DNA of 30,549 nt, counting the filler, from Gekko japonicus (lineage: Eukaryota): NCBI RefSeq assembly GCF_001447785.1. It is 2 parts of 2 records of this genome, joined end to end, with 100 filler letters (N's around TTAATTAATTAA, not from the genome) between each part and the next. Parts side by side here need not be neighbours in the genome. Positions count along the whole stretch, not along the records: positions 9,808 to 30,549 come from NW_015166535.1; 1 more part is not named here. The stretch is one strand, 5' to 3'. Position numbers and translations under genes: made by a program. Shown in pieces: positions 20,077 through 30,549 of this stretch. The notes below the pieces were generated by a model. It did no database searches, was not told the origin of the DNA, and worked only from the letters and a program-made list of their open reading frames with translations. Every line of letters begins with the position of its first letter. The stretch's first letter is position 1.

Positions 20077-21064
20077 TGTCAAACCTCACTCTTCTCGGTT
20101 TGCCATAAATGGGAGGGGAGAGGAGGCATTCCTAAAGGGGGGGAGTGAATGGGGGGAGTGCATGTGCCTGTTTGCTTCTGGGTAACATTCCAAGTCATAC
20201 ATCTCTCTCACGAGTAGACAAGGAGGTCTGTGTATTCTCCGAGGAGGGGATAGAGTGAATTTGAAGAGTTATTCAGCCAATATAGAGGGGCTCCTGTTTG
20301 AACTGCCTATTTGTATCCATGTACTTGCCAAAATCCTTTAGTTCTGACACAAATGCAAATGTTCCTGTATCCAGTATTGTTGTTGTTGTTGTTGTTCAGT
20401 TGCACAGTCGAGTCCGACTCTTCGCGACCCCATGGACCATCTCCCGCCAGGCCCTCCTGTCTTCCGCAGTCCTCCGAAGTTGGCTCAATTTCATGTTCGT
20501 TGCATCGATGACACTGTCTAACCATCTCTTCCTTTGCTGTCCCCGTCTTCTTTGACCTTCAATCTTTCCCAGCATCAGGGTCTTCTCCAGTGAGTGCTCC
20601 CTTCTCATTTGGTGGCCAAAGTATTTGAGCTTCAGTTTCATTATCTGGCCTTCCAGGGAACAGTCAGGGTTGATTTCTTTGAGGATTGACTGATTTGTTC
20701 TTCTTGCAGTCCAAGGGACTCTCAAGAGTCTTCTCCAGCACCATAGTTCAAAAGAATCTATTCTTCGGCGCTCGGCCTTCCTTATCGTCCAACTCTTGCA
20801 GCCATACATGACTACTGGGAATACCATTGCTTTGACCATGCGGACTTTTGTTGGCAGGGTGATGTCTCTACTTTTTATCATGCTGTTTAGGTTCGCCATC
20901 GCTTTCCTCCCAAGGAGCAGGCGTCTTTTAATTTCATGGCTGCAGTCACAGTCTGCGGTGATCTGGGATCCCAGGAACGTGAAGTCTGTCAGTATAAACC
21001 TCAATAAACAAATCGCTGCTAAAGAGAGTGTGGTTGAGAGTAACTGAATGCAGGCGGTATGACA
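20077..21064 (+). mobile_element. Solo LTR interrupted by BovB
   Basis: TGTCA...TGACA ends and 5-bp TSD ACATG (20072-20076 / 21065-21069). Its 3' end (CTCAATAAACAAATC..GAGTGTGG) resembles the LTRs at 18196 and 25188. Confidence 0.78.
20378..20989 (-). mobile_element. 5'-truncated RTE-BovB LINE
   Basis: About 200 open codons (EIKRRLLLGRKAMANL..VKAMVFPVVMYGC.SWT..FELWCWRRLLRVPWTARR..VHGVAKSRTRL), (CAA)n tail and TSD CAGTAT. Confidence 0.93.
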
Positions 21065-22100
21065 ACATGCAAGACTGACACATTTGGAAGCAAGGAGTCC
21101 CCTGGTCCTTTATATTTACTGATTCCTTCTTAAGCTCTCTCTGGCTTTTTCAAAGTTTGCCTGAGTGGGAGGACACGTCCTCTTGTGTCTTTGGAGAAGG
21201 AGGGAAAGTAAACAGAATGGGGAGGGAGTGTCAACCTAAAGAGAGGGAGGTGGAAACAGGGGGAGGGCAGTGGGCAGTACTTAAATACCCGCAGAAACAA
21301 TTCTACTTTAGAAAGGATTAGCAATTTGAAAGTTCATGAGAACAAAGAATCACCACAAAAGGAGTTTTGGTAACTGCGGGGCAACAGAGTGCTGGAAGCG
21401 GTCTGAATGCAGATTTCTGTAAAACAAATGCAGAAACAAGGGGGGGAGACAACACAAATTGAATGTGACAGTGGGATGAAATGCAGAACGGAAGAATGGG
21501 ATGTGCTCCAAGACCAAGGCCAAATACAGGTGCAGAAAGGGCCTAGGTTGCCCTTTGCTTGTCTCCAGGGCACCTTTTGGATTTGCTCAGGGAACATCTG
21601 CCATGTGAGGAGGATCTGGGCAGCTCACAAACAGGGAGAGGTCGCCTGGGAGAGAGTCTGAAGAGTGGAGGAATGAGCTCATGTTTCCAATTGTTAGCCA
21701 CCTTGGTGGCTCCAGTGAAGGTGGAAAAGTGGGGTATACATTTTGCAAATAAAAATAAATCTATAAATGTCAATATGCATGGATTGCCTCTCCCCACTTG
21801 TATCCTCACAACAACCCTGTGAGGTAGATTAGGATGAGAGAGGATGGAACCAGGCCAGAATGCTCCTGGGTCCAATATTTTTACTGCTATGCTCTGCTGG
21901 ATCAATGCAAAGATAGATGTAAAGCAACTATATCTCCTCCAAAGTTATTGTCAAGTTTATTTGAAATCTATTGTGAACGTCTTTACTTTTGCACTTCATA
22001 GAGAAATTTTATTTAAACTCTTTTTCTTCATACTATTTGCTTTCATTGCAAGGCACTTATACTGATTTCCCTTTGTCACAATTTCCCTGGTGGAGAAATG

Positions 22101-22988
22101 TCAATTCCGGATTTTCTTTTGCTGGAACATTTTGCGTATCCTTTGCCGAATCTTCTGTGTTTTCACACTGTACACAATGGGATTAAGAAAGGGCGGGACC
22201 ACAATGTAAATGTTGGCCATCATCATGGGAATGATGGGAGAGAGGTGTCTTGCGAATCGGTGTACCACAGTGACACCTATCAGGGGCACATAGAAAATCA
22301 AGATGGCACACACGTGGGAGACGCAAGTGTTCAGGGCCTTCAGACGCTCTGTGCGAGAAGCAATATTCAAAACGGTCTTCAGAATGAGGATGTAAGAGAA
22401 TAAGATGACCACAGCATCCAGCCCGAAGGTGCAAATGACTATGATCAGTCCATACAACACGTTCACTCTTGTGTCTGCACAGGCCAGTTTCATCGCATCC
22501 TGATGGAGGCAGTAGGAGTGAGAGAGCACATTGGACTGGCAGAAGGGCAGCCGTTTAATCAGGAAGGGAGCTGGGAAGCAGACGCAGAAACCTCTGGCCA
22601 AGACAGCAAGTCCCATTTTACCAATTACTGAATTTTGGAGGAGAGAGGTGTATCTCAGGGGGTCACGTATGGCAACGAAGCGGTCAAAAGCCATTGCCAC
22701 AAGGATGCCAGACTCCACTACCCCAAATGTGTGAATGAAGAACATCTGGGTGAGGCAGGCAGTGAATGAGATTTCTCTGGCGTCAAACCAGTAAACGCCC
22801 AGCATTGTTGGCATGGTGGACATGGCCAGGCTGAGATCCGAGCAGGAGAGGATGGAGAGGAAGAGGTACATGGGATTGTGGAGGCTTTGCTCTGTCTTGA
22901 TGACAAATAGGATAGTCAAGTTTCCAAAGAGAGTGAGGAGGTAGAGCAGACAGAGAGCGAAAGCCATCCAGGAGTTGTACTCCTGCAT
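22101..22988 (-). CDS. OR51: Class I olfactory receptor, OR51-like (7TM ORF; natural N-terminus frameshifted)
   Basis: LHNPMYLFL, MAFDRFVAIRDPLRY, SYCLHQD.MKLAC, KALNTCVSH, PPFLNPIVYSVKT. Intronless. Confidence 0.93.
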   Translation of the reverse strand: MQEYNSWMAFALCLLYLLTLFGNLTILFVIKTEQSLHNPMYLFLSILSCSDLSLAMSTMPTMLGVYWFDAREISFTACLTQMFFIHTFGVVESGILVAMAFDRFVAIRDPLRYTSLLQNSVIGKMGLAVLARGFCVCFPAPFLIKRLPFCQSNVLSHSYCLHQDAMKLACADTRVNVLYGLIIVICTFGLDAVVILFSYILILKTVLNIASRTERLKALNTCVSHVCAILIFYVPLIGVTVVHRFARHLSPIIPMMMANIYIVVPPFLNPIVYSVKTQKIRQRIRKMFQQKKIRN

Positions 22989-23050
22989 GCCCGGAATGCC
23001 AACAAGGATGAAGGTCTGGTGCTGTCATTGAAGCTGATGGTCGAAGTCAT
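22989..23050 (-). pseudogene. Frameshifted N-terminus of the OR (MTSTISFNDS / QTFILVGIPG)
   Basis: The ATG at 23050 with its NDS sequon is one base out of frame with FILVGIPGMQE. 23050-22101 is 950 nt, i.e. 3n-1. Confidence 0.8.
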
Positions 23051-23279
23051 CCTTCCACTGTGACCTTCTGTAAAACATCCACCACCCTTCTTAATTGACA
23101 TAAAATACCCTACATAAAAGGTTGCAGGCATTCTTTAGCCCCTCCACCCCGAATTATACATCTACTAGGAATAAGGCCCATTGTGGAAATAAATACAATG
23201 AGCTTTAGAAAGAGGCTCTGGGAGAGTGTCAAGGCCTTGGGCACTCAGCGTCAATGTGCTGTGGTGACCTTAGCAGGGT

Positions 23280-24100
23280 ATAATGACACAGAGTCCACCA
23301 TTTTCTCCAGAGGAATTGATCCCTGCTACTGTCAGAATCGGACCCTTGTGTTATTGTTTCTGAGAGTTACTGTAGTCTTACAGCTACCTGAAGAGCAGTT
23401 GTAATTTTGAGCGATCTCCACCCTTCACCTGGAGATTGTAAACAATTGTTACCCAGGAAGAAATGGCTGGTTTGGAGGGTGGAGTCTATGGGATTGTATC
23501 TGTCTGAGGCCCCACCCCTCCTCAAACCTCACCCTCTCCGGGCTCCACCCCTCAAATCTCGATGAATTTCCCAACCTGGAGTTGGCAACACTATCTCCTT
23601 CCCAGCCCAGCATCAACCTGCCATTATCTGCCCCTCTGATCTCAGCTTTGCATCTCCTCCCCCCTCCCTCCTGGAGATCAGTTGTGATTCTGCATGATTT
23701 CCACCCCTCTCCTGAGATTGGCAACAGTGGTTCCCCAGAAGGAAATGGCTGGTTGGGAGGATGGAGTCTATGGCATTGTACCTGTCTGAGGTCCCACCCC
23801 TCCTCAAACCTTACCCTCTACAGGTTCCATCCCTCAAATCTCCAGGAATTTCCCAGCTGGAGTTGCAACCCTATCTCCTTCCCAGCCATCATCAACCTAC
23901 CTTTATTTCCCCCTCTCTTTTCAGCTTTCCATTTCCCCCACACACACACCTGCAGCCTCTTCCGTGCTCTGAAGCCCTGACTACCACAGAGTCCATCATT
24001 TTCCCCAGGGGAACTGATCTTTGCCATCTGGAGAGCAGTTGTAATTCTGAGTGATTTCCAGCCCTCACCTGGAGATTGGCAACAATGGTTTCCCAGTAGG
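23280..24100. repeat. Tandemly rearranged pieces of the TAGGGTTGCCA-type MITE
   Basis: The junction motif cagttgt(a/g)att..ctggagattggcaaca recurs at about 23395, 23680 and 24035. 23395-23620 is similar to 23676-23900. Confidence 0.6.
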
Positions 24101-24292
24101 AAACGTAGTCTTTCTCTGCAATGGGGACCAAAGCAACTTACATCATTCTCCTCTCCCCCTTTTGACTTGAACAACAACCCTGTGAGGTAGGTTAGGATGA
24201 AAGTCTGTGACTGGTCCAATTTCACCCACTCAGCTTCTACAGCAAGAACCTGGATCTAGCAGACCCTGCTCTGAAGCACTGACTGCTATGCC

Positions 24293-24512
24293 TAGGGCAG
24301 CCAACCTCCAGGTGGAGCCTGAAGATCACCAGGTATCACAACTGAACTTCAGACAACAGATCTCTCCCCCCCCCCTGAGAAAATAACTGCTTTGGAAGGT
24401 GGGCTGTATGGCATTCTGTTCAGCTGAGGCCTCTCCCCTCCGCAAACCCCGGCTTCCATAGACTCTACCAGAAAATCTCCAGGAATCTCCCTACCTGGAG
24501 CTGGCAACCCTA
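24293..24512. mobile_element. TAGGGTTGCCA-type MITE
   Basis: Starts TAGGGCAGCCAACC and ends CTGGCAACCCTA. Similar to 225-439. Confidence 0.65.
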
Positions 24513-24667
24513 GTCAGAACTGGCTCCAATGAGTTCCTCACAAAGGCCTGCAAAGGGTTTCCTTTGTCTGAACCAAGTTTGGTTGCCTACTATGGTGAAA
24601 CGGGCTCCAGTTTACAATTCAGCTGTTTGCCTCCCACCCTTGTCCCGTGGGCATATCTCACTCCTTA

Positions 24668-24726
24668 AGAAGGAAGGAAGGAAGGAAGGAAGGAAGGAAG
24701 GAAGGAAGGAAGGAAGGAAGGAAGGA
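24668..24726 (+). repeat. (GAAG)n microsatellite
   Basis: Direct reading. Confidence 0.97.
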
Positions 24727-25089
24727 CCCCTTGCTATCTCAGATAGTTTTTCCTGCTTACCTGACTTTACAACATTGTAGACCATGTGCCTGACTTGATT
24801 TACATCGCTGCAGAGGGCAGCTGTGCCTGAGCAACAGCAAGGGAGATTCTGCCTGTGCTTTTCATTGGACCTGAGTTTTAAAGGAAACGCTGCTGTGTTC
24901 GCCGCCCCTTGAATTTCTGGGGAAAGAAAACAACAAAGCCACAGGGGCAATGCAGACACTGCAGGTCCCACCAGCAATTAGGAGGGGATCTCTGTGGATC
25001 TTGAGTGAGAAGACCTGGGAGTTCTGGCCTCAGCAAGGGCATGCTTTCACCTTTTACCTACTAAGAGACAAGTGAGATGTAACCATGGC

Positions 25090-25187
25090 TGGGGCAGGGC
25101 TCAGTGGTGGAACCTCTGCTTGGCATGCAGAAGGTCCCAGATTCAGTCCCTGGTACCTCCAGTTAAAAGGAGCAGGCAGTAGGTGAT
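25090..25187 (+). mobile_element. Squam2-like tRNA SINE head truncated by an LTR
   Basis: GGCTCAGTGGTGGAAC..GAAGGTCCCAGATTCAGTCCC with A/B boxes. Related copy at 27490-27710. Confidence 0.65.
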
Positions 25188-25420
25188 GGTCAGGTCTCGG
25201 ATGCAGTCACTCTCACCACACTCTTGTATCAGCAAGATTTGTTGATTGAGAAGTGAAAAGGTTCCAACCATGGACAGATTCTGTGTCAGAACTGACACCC
25301 AAGTGCCAGGACCGAGCCTATACTATGTGCAAGATAGGCCCCCTTAGGCACACTACCCAATCGATATCCTCACTCAGCCCACCAAAGACCCAAACTTGCT
25401 CAAAGGCCCCCCCCCCGCAC
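25188..25420 (-). mobile_element. LTR fragment related to 18196-18599
   Basis: Shares cacactcttgtatcagcaagatttgtt.attgagaagtgaaa..catggacagatt. Far boundary unclear. Confidence 0.7.
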
Positions 25421-25821
25421 CTGTGTCAGAATCTTGGACAAAGTTACTCTCACCAACACTCACTGGCAGTGATTTTTTAATTGATTAATAAAGATGTTCC
25501 AAGCTCAGATCAGTACCGTGTCAGAACTGAGGTTTGCCACCAAAATCAATAGTTATAGACAGTTCAAAGAAGCCCCCCCCCCCGGATTCCATCCAATCGC
25601 ACTCCACATTCGTCCAGTCTAGCCTGCGCACTCTACACCCTCACCTGTAAATGTACCGTTACTTTATCTAAGACAGGGAAGCAAGCACAGACAGCGTTTC
25701 AAGGTCCTCCCAGCATTAGGGAGGCATCTTAAGGAAAGTTCCATGGCAGCTACAACAAAGCCCTTCTCACGCTCATGCACTCATACCCCCATCCTAAGGA
25801 ATTCCCCAGAATACATGACTA

Positions 25822-26570
25822 ACACACACACAGGCAGACACTGGGGCCAGACTGCCCCCCCCCCCAAAAATATATTTTGAAATACAGTCCTCGGGGAAGC
25901 CTTGCAAACAGAAGCTTGTGGCATCAGAACCGGTGTTTGGACCGGGCATCACTGGATGTCACTTTGCAGGACACAGTCACCAGAGCGTGGGGATGTGTCA
26001 TTTGGGGTGGTCCAAATATGTTTGGGGGGGGCAGTCTGGCCCCAGTGTCTGCCTGTCTGTGTGTCCTGGGGGCACTGCACTTTGGATAAACTGGTACCGG
26101 AACCGCACTTTGGACCAGCACACAGAATATGTCCCCTCGAAGGGGAGGGTCCGCTAAAGATGGGAGTGTATGAAGTGTGGGGGTCCAAACCTTATTTTGG
26201 GTGCAGGGGGCACTTCCTTATTCAAATCTCCTTTGAAATACAGGCCTCAGGGAAGCCCTGCGAACAGAAGCTCGTGGCATCAGAACCGGTGTTTGGACCA
26301 GGCATCACTGTATGTCACTTTGCAGGACACAGTCCCCAGAGCGTGGGGATGTGTCATTTGGGGTGGTCCAAATATTGTTTTTTGGGGGGGCAGCCTGGCC
26401 CCAGTGTCTGCTTGTGAGATTGTCCTAGGGGCACTGCACTTTGGAGCAGCTGGCACCAGAACTGTGCTTTGAACCAGGATACAGCATATGTCCCCTCGAA
26501 GGGGAGAGTCCTGTGAATGTGTGGGTATATGATATGTGGTGGTCCAGACCTTATTTTGGGGTTCAGGGGT
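25822..26570. repeat. 356-bp tandem duplication with an inverted lead-in
   Basis: Units start with TTTGAAATACAG at 25876 and 26232. 25822-25877 is the reverse complement of about 26013-26064. Confidence 0.85.
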
Positions 26571-26805
26571 TCAGAGCTTTCCAACTCACTCTCCTTAGTG
26601 TTTCTGAATGACTACATGAATAAGTAACGAATAAGGAATGAATAAGGAACTGCGAATAAGGAACCAACTTCAGCCTCCTACCTAAAAGCCAAATAACACC
26701 CTTGCTAGATTAACATTCAAATCTGCATGAGGCCAAAATCACAAGGAACCATTGAGGCTTTTCATTTCCTTTGGCTACAAGAACTGTCTTTGCACATTCT
26801 TCCTA

Positions 26806-27214
26806 TAAGAACTCGTGGGCACTCTATGAATTGGCTGAGTGGTCGGGTTAGAAGGGATAAAAGGAAGTCCTTCTTCACCCAAAGAGTGATTAACACATGA
26901 AATTCACTGCCACAGGAAGTGGTGGTGGCTACAAGCATGGACGGCTTCAAAAGGGAATTAGATAAGCATATGGAGCAGAGGTCCATCAGTGACTATTAGC
27001 CACAAGGTATAGATAGGGGCTCTGGGGCAAGTGATGCTCTGTCTTCTTGGTGCTTGGGGGGGGGGTCAACAGTGGGAGGGCTTCTAATGCCCTGGCCCCA
27101 CTGGTGGACCTCCTGAGGGCACCTGGTATTTCTGGCCACTGTGTGACACAGAGTGTTGGACTGGATGGGCCTTTGGCCTGATCCAACATTGGCGTCTCTT
27201 ATGTTCTTATGTTC
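26806..27214 (+). mobile_element. CR1 3' fragment
   Basis: RTRGHSMNWLSGRVRRDKRKSFFTQRVINT followed by UTR and CTTATGTT tail. Confidence 0.88.
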
Positions 27215-27489
27215 CTTGATAATATCTCTGGTTTCAACCCACGGTTTTTCCAGTTCATACTCATTTGAAGTTAGTAATGCAAATCTGTTCTCTACAAAGT
27301 CTTCACCTGACAGCAGAAGAGAATGGTAGAGAGTCACAGGTCTATAAAGTGTATAATGATATTTAACAGAAACATTGACAGCTGTTGGAATAGGATTCTC
27401 TACGTTCACGAGACAGGGTGGATTGTGATTTTGTATGGCAATGTATGTTATCTGTATCTCTTTTTTGTATTTTTTAAAATAAAAGAACA

Positions 27490-27710
27490 ATGTCCAAGTT
27501 CAATCCTTGGCACCTCCAGTTTAAAGAGCCTGAGAGTACATGATGTGAAAGACTTCTGCCATAAGACCCTGGAGAGCTGCTGCCAATCTGAGTAGACAGG
27601 GCTGTGGCTGCCAGGAGAACTCCAGCTCTAACCCCCCCCCCCCCCCCGCGGACAAGACTGACCTTAGTGGACCAAGGGTCTGATTCAGTCCATGGCGACT
27701 TCACGTGTTC
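27490..27710 (+). mobile_element. Squam2-like SINE, 5'-truncated, with a small insertion
   Basis: gatgtgaaagac..gaccctggagagctgctgcc..ggaccaagggtctgattcagt. Confidence 0.6.
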
Positions 27711-29508
27711 CTGAATTAACAAGGCTAAGAAGGAGGCAGGGAGGGCAAAGTTGCAAGCCACTTGGGGTTCCCACTGGAGAACGAGTGGGGTAGAAACACC
27801 TAAAATTAAATAAAACAAGTGTGTTTCTTTCTGTCCTGCCATGATGGGTGCACACTGCACATCTCTCTTCCAATGTGTGCGTGCCTGAGAAAGATCCTCC
27901 CTCCTATTTAGTATCAGAATTACACCAGTTCTCTCATTGGTGAAAACCTGGCCTCCCGTGCCCCTCATTGCCTCTTGGCTTATCACTGGGGGGTGGAAAG
28001 GAACGGCAGCTTTGAAGAATGGGACCACTGAGCATGTGGAGTTCATACAGCTCCAGTCAGCCACTTCTGTCTGGGCCCATGGACTGGCTGTTCTCTGGGA
28101 GTGGGACCTCCAGTCAGCTTTGAAACCCAGCACTGCCCTTGGCATATGAAATAATCCCTCTCGTAGCTCAAATGGTGAATCAGGAGTTGTTCCCACCATT
28201 GTGGGTTTCCTGCCTCCCCAGCTGGCTGAGCATCCCTTGACTGCAGCATCTCTCCGGGGTCCCCAGTCTATAAATCCTCCTCCCCGCCAGCTCCACCAGC
28301 CGAGGCAGCCCTCCGGCGCTTCCTCCAGAGTGTTGTGTGTGCATCTTCAAGGGACTAGAAATTTACAGGCCACAGAAAACACTGTTCTTCTCTGAGCTGC
28401 CCGGAATGGAGGGGGACAAAGAAGGGGGAGAACGGGGTCTTGCCCTGGACTGTAAGACAGCCTCTTCTTTCAGTCCATGAATGAGGCATCGGTGTTGTTT
28501 CAGAATGGGAACCCATGTCTGGGCTCCTCTGTCTCTCCGGGGGAGTCTGGGAGCTTCAAGAACCGATGGTTGCATCCCACTTGTCTGTGATCCTGCTAAA
28601 GGTCGAAGCATGCCCCTTCTGAGGCCAGAACTCCAGGCGCTTCTTGCACGAGATTCTCGGATGGGATGTGCAGAACCTGCCATGGCTGGCTTGTTTTTCT
28701 TCCCCCGGTACTTTTGGGGCATCTCCCGTCCCTGAGAGGCAAACACGGCAGCGCTTTCATGAAAACTCAGAGGCAATAAGAAGCACTGGCAGAGTCTCCC
28801 TTGCAGTTGCTCAGGCAGAGTCGCCCTCTTTGGCCACGGAAATCTAGTCAGCTTCACGGTCCACAGTGCAAGCAAAGTCGGGTAAGCAGGAGAAGCTTTT
28901 TTGAGGCATGAAGGAGATGAATATTTCTGGCTTCTTGGACTGACTTTGGGAACATGCAGAACCCTGAACTAGACAGGACTCTTCATCAGACAGGATGCAA
29001 TAAAGAAGATAAACCGTTAGTAATCTGGGTGGGAGGGATTTCCCGTCCCACCCTCACCCACCCCATATCCCGCATTGCTTTTTCAGGAGTTTTTACATGT
29101 TACTTTTCCTTCCTGACACTTCATCAGGCCCATAGGTACCACGGGGCCCATGGGGCCCAGCCCTCCCCCTACCGTTTTGTACAGGCCCCTCCCCCTGGAA
29201 GTGGTGGGCTTACCTACCACAAGGAGCCATTCAGAAGGAGAAGTAGGAGCCACAGCCTCCCCCGCCCAGCCCCCCATTCCTGNNNNNNNNNNNNNNNNNN
29301 NNNNNNNNNNNNNNNNNNAAAATCAGTCCAACCCCAGCAGCTTCTTGCTTCTCGTGCTGTTCCTTAGACTCCCCCCCCCCCGAGTCCCAGCCAGGGGGTC
29401 GCGATGGCTGCATCCCCCCCCTCTTGTGGCAAAGAAGGCCCCCTGGAAACACCCCCAGCAGGATGATGAGGGGACAAACAGAAAGAGGAGTGGAGCCTGA
29501 GTACCTGC

Positions 29509-30149
29509 CAGTGTTCCCTCTAAGCTGGGTTAATGTCAGGTAGCTCACAGTTTTTTGGCCTCCGGCTCACCCATTTTTTTTCTTAGCTTAGGAGGAATGG
29601 CTAATTTATGCAGCAACCAAATTACTCAGTCACAACTTTAATGCAAGTATTATTATTTACTGTATGTACTATTTATTATTTATTTATTATTTAGAAGTAC
29701 GAGCATGGCATGGCAGTACCGCACCGACATAAAATGGCAGGCCCCCCCCCGAAAAACATTGGCCCCCTGAGCAAAGAGTTGTTAGCTATGGGGGTGCTCT
29801 TCATTCCTTTTAAAGAAAACCTTTTTTGCAACACAGCTGCCCCCTTCCATGCTGAAGGTTCTGGTGGGCATCGGAGCAGCCAAAGGAAAGAGGGTGGTGC
29901 ATTGGAGAGACCCTTCATGTGAACCAGCTGGGCTCTTCTTGTCTTCTCAAGGTACACCAGCATCACTAGAAGAATGCTTAAAGTGTATACAATGTGCTTG
30001 TGTTTACCAGACACATCCAGTGTTCCCTCTAAGCTGAGTTAGTGTTAGCTAGCTCACAGCTTTTTAGCCTCCGGCTCGCACATTTTTGTCTCAGCTCAGG
30101 AAGGATGGCTCCAGAGCAAACTATTTTAGCCAAACTGCTCACTCACAGC

Positions 30150-30150
<1 letters not shown>
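29509..30150. mobile_element. Two partial copies of a CAGTGTTCCCTCTAAG-ended hAT-like MITE (about 29509-29640 and 30018-30150)
   Basis: Both start cagtgttccctctaagctg.gtta.tgt.ag.tagctcacag. A short trace of the same end lies at 7571. Confidence 0.6.

Positions 30151-30212
<62 letters not shown>
30151..30212 (+). repeat. (AAT)n microsatellite
   Basis: Direct reading. Confidence 0.95.
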
Positions 30213-30216
<4 letters not shown>

Positions 30217-30276
30217 TCCATTTATTAATCGCTTTCCCCAGTGGNNNNNNNNNNNNNNNNNNNNNNNNNNNNNNNN

Positions 30277-30549
30277 ATAATAATAATAATAATAATATAC
30301 TTTATTGTCATTGTACACAGTACAACGAAATTAAAGGTGCAATCATTTCAGTGATCTACAGCCATACACATATACACTCACACAACCATTCACAACCATC
30401 CCATAACTCCCTTAAGGTTCACATTGCAACCTAAACCACCAATGTCACCCAAATTCCAACTTCATACAGCATTTAAAGCAATAATAGCTCTCGAATAAAA
30501 ACTGTTTTTTAATCTGTTTGTCCTTGTTTTAATTGTCCTATATCTTCTA
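30277..30549 (-). mobile_element. Rex1/Babar-like LINE 3' end
   Basis: Minus strand reads RRYRTIKTRTNRLKNSFYSRAIIALNAV*, then UTR, GACAATAAAG and an (ATT)n tail. Confidence 0.75.

Noticed and set aside
26618-26662. CRISPR-like short repeats
   Set aside because: Repeats are 7-10 bp with no proper spacers, there are no cas genes, and the DNA is vertebrate.
27474-28199. 241-aa minus-strand ORF
   Set aside because: Crosses a SINE and a poly-C run, with no recognisable domain.

Overview
Eukaryotic, repeat-rich squamate DNA, probably a gecko judging by its Squam3-like, Squam2-like and Sauria SINEs, CR1 tails and BovB (family names are from recall of consensus sequences, not a search). Main contents: (1) a structurally complete Ty3/Gypsy (Mag-like) LTR retrotransposon (902-5825) with one intact gag-pol ORF, nested inside a non-autonomous hAT element whose empty sister copy lies at 9994-10415; (2) the last two coding exons of an alpha-class glutathione S-transferase (13865-13996, 15012-15131, +), whose 5' exons are not visible; (3) a class I OR51-like olfactory receptor (-) with a 1-bp frameshift between its natural start/N-glycosylation site and the 7TM ORF; (4) many fragments of LINEs, SINEs, solo LTRs and MITEs, often nested with readable TSDs. 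The block 9708-9807 is an artificial six-frame-stop linker, so adjacency across it is unproven. I found no clearly new biological system. The best leads are the retrotransposon-loaded hAT element, POU/KLF motif arrays in MITE ends, the GSTA-OR51 neighbourhood and a possible LTR-to-GSTA splice.
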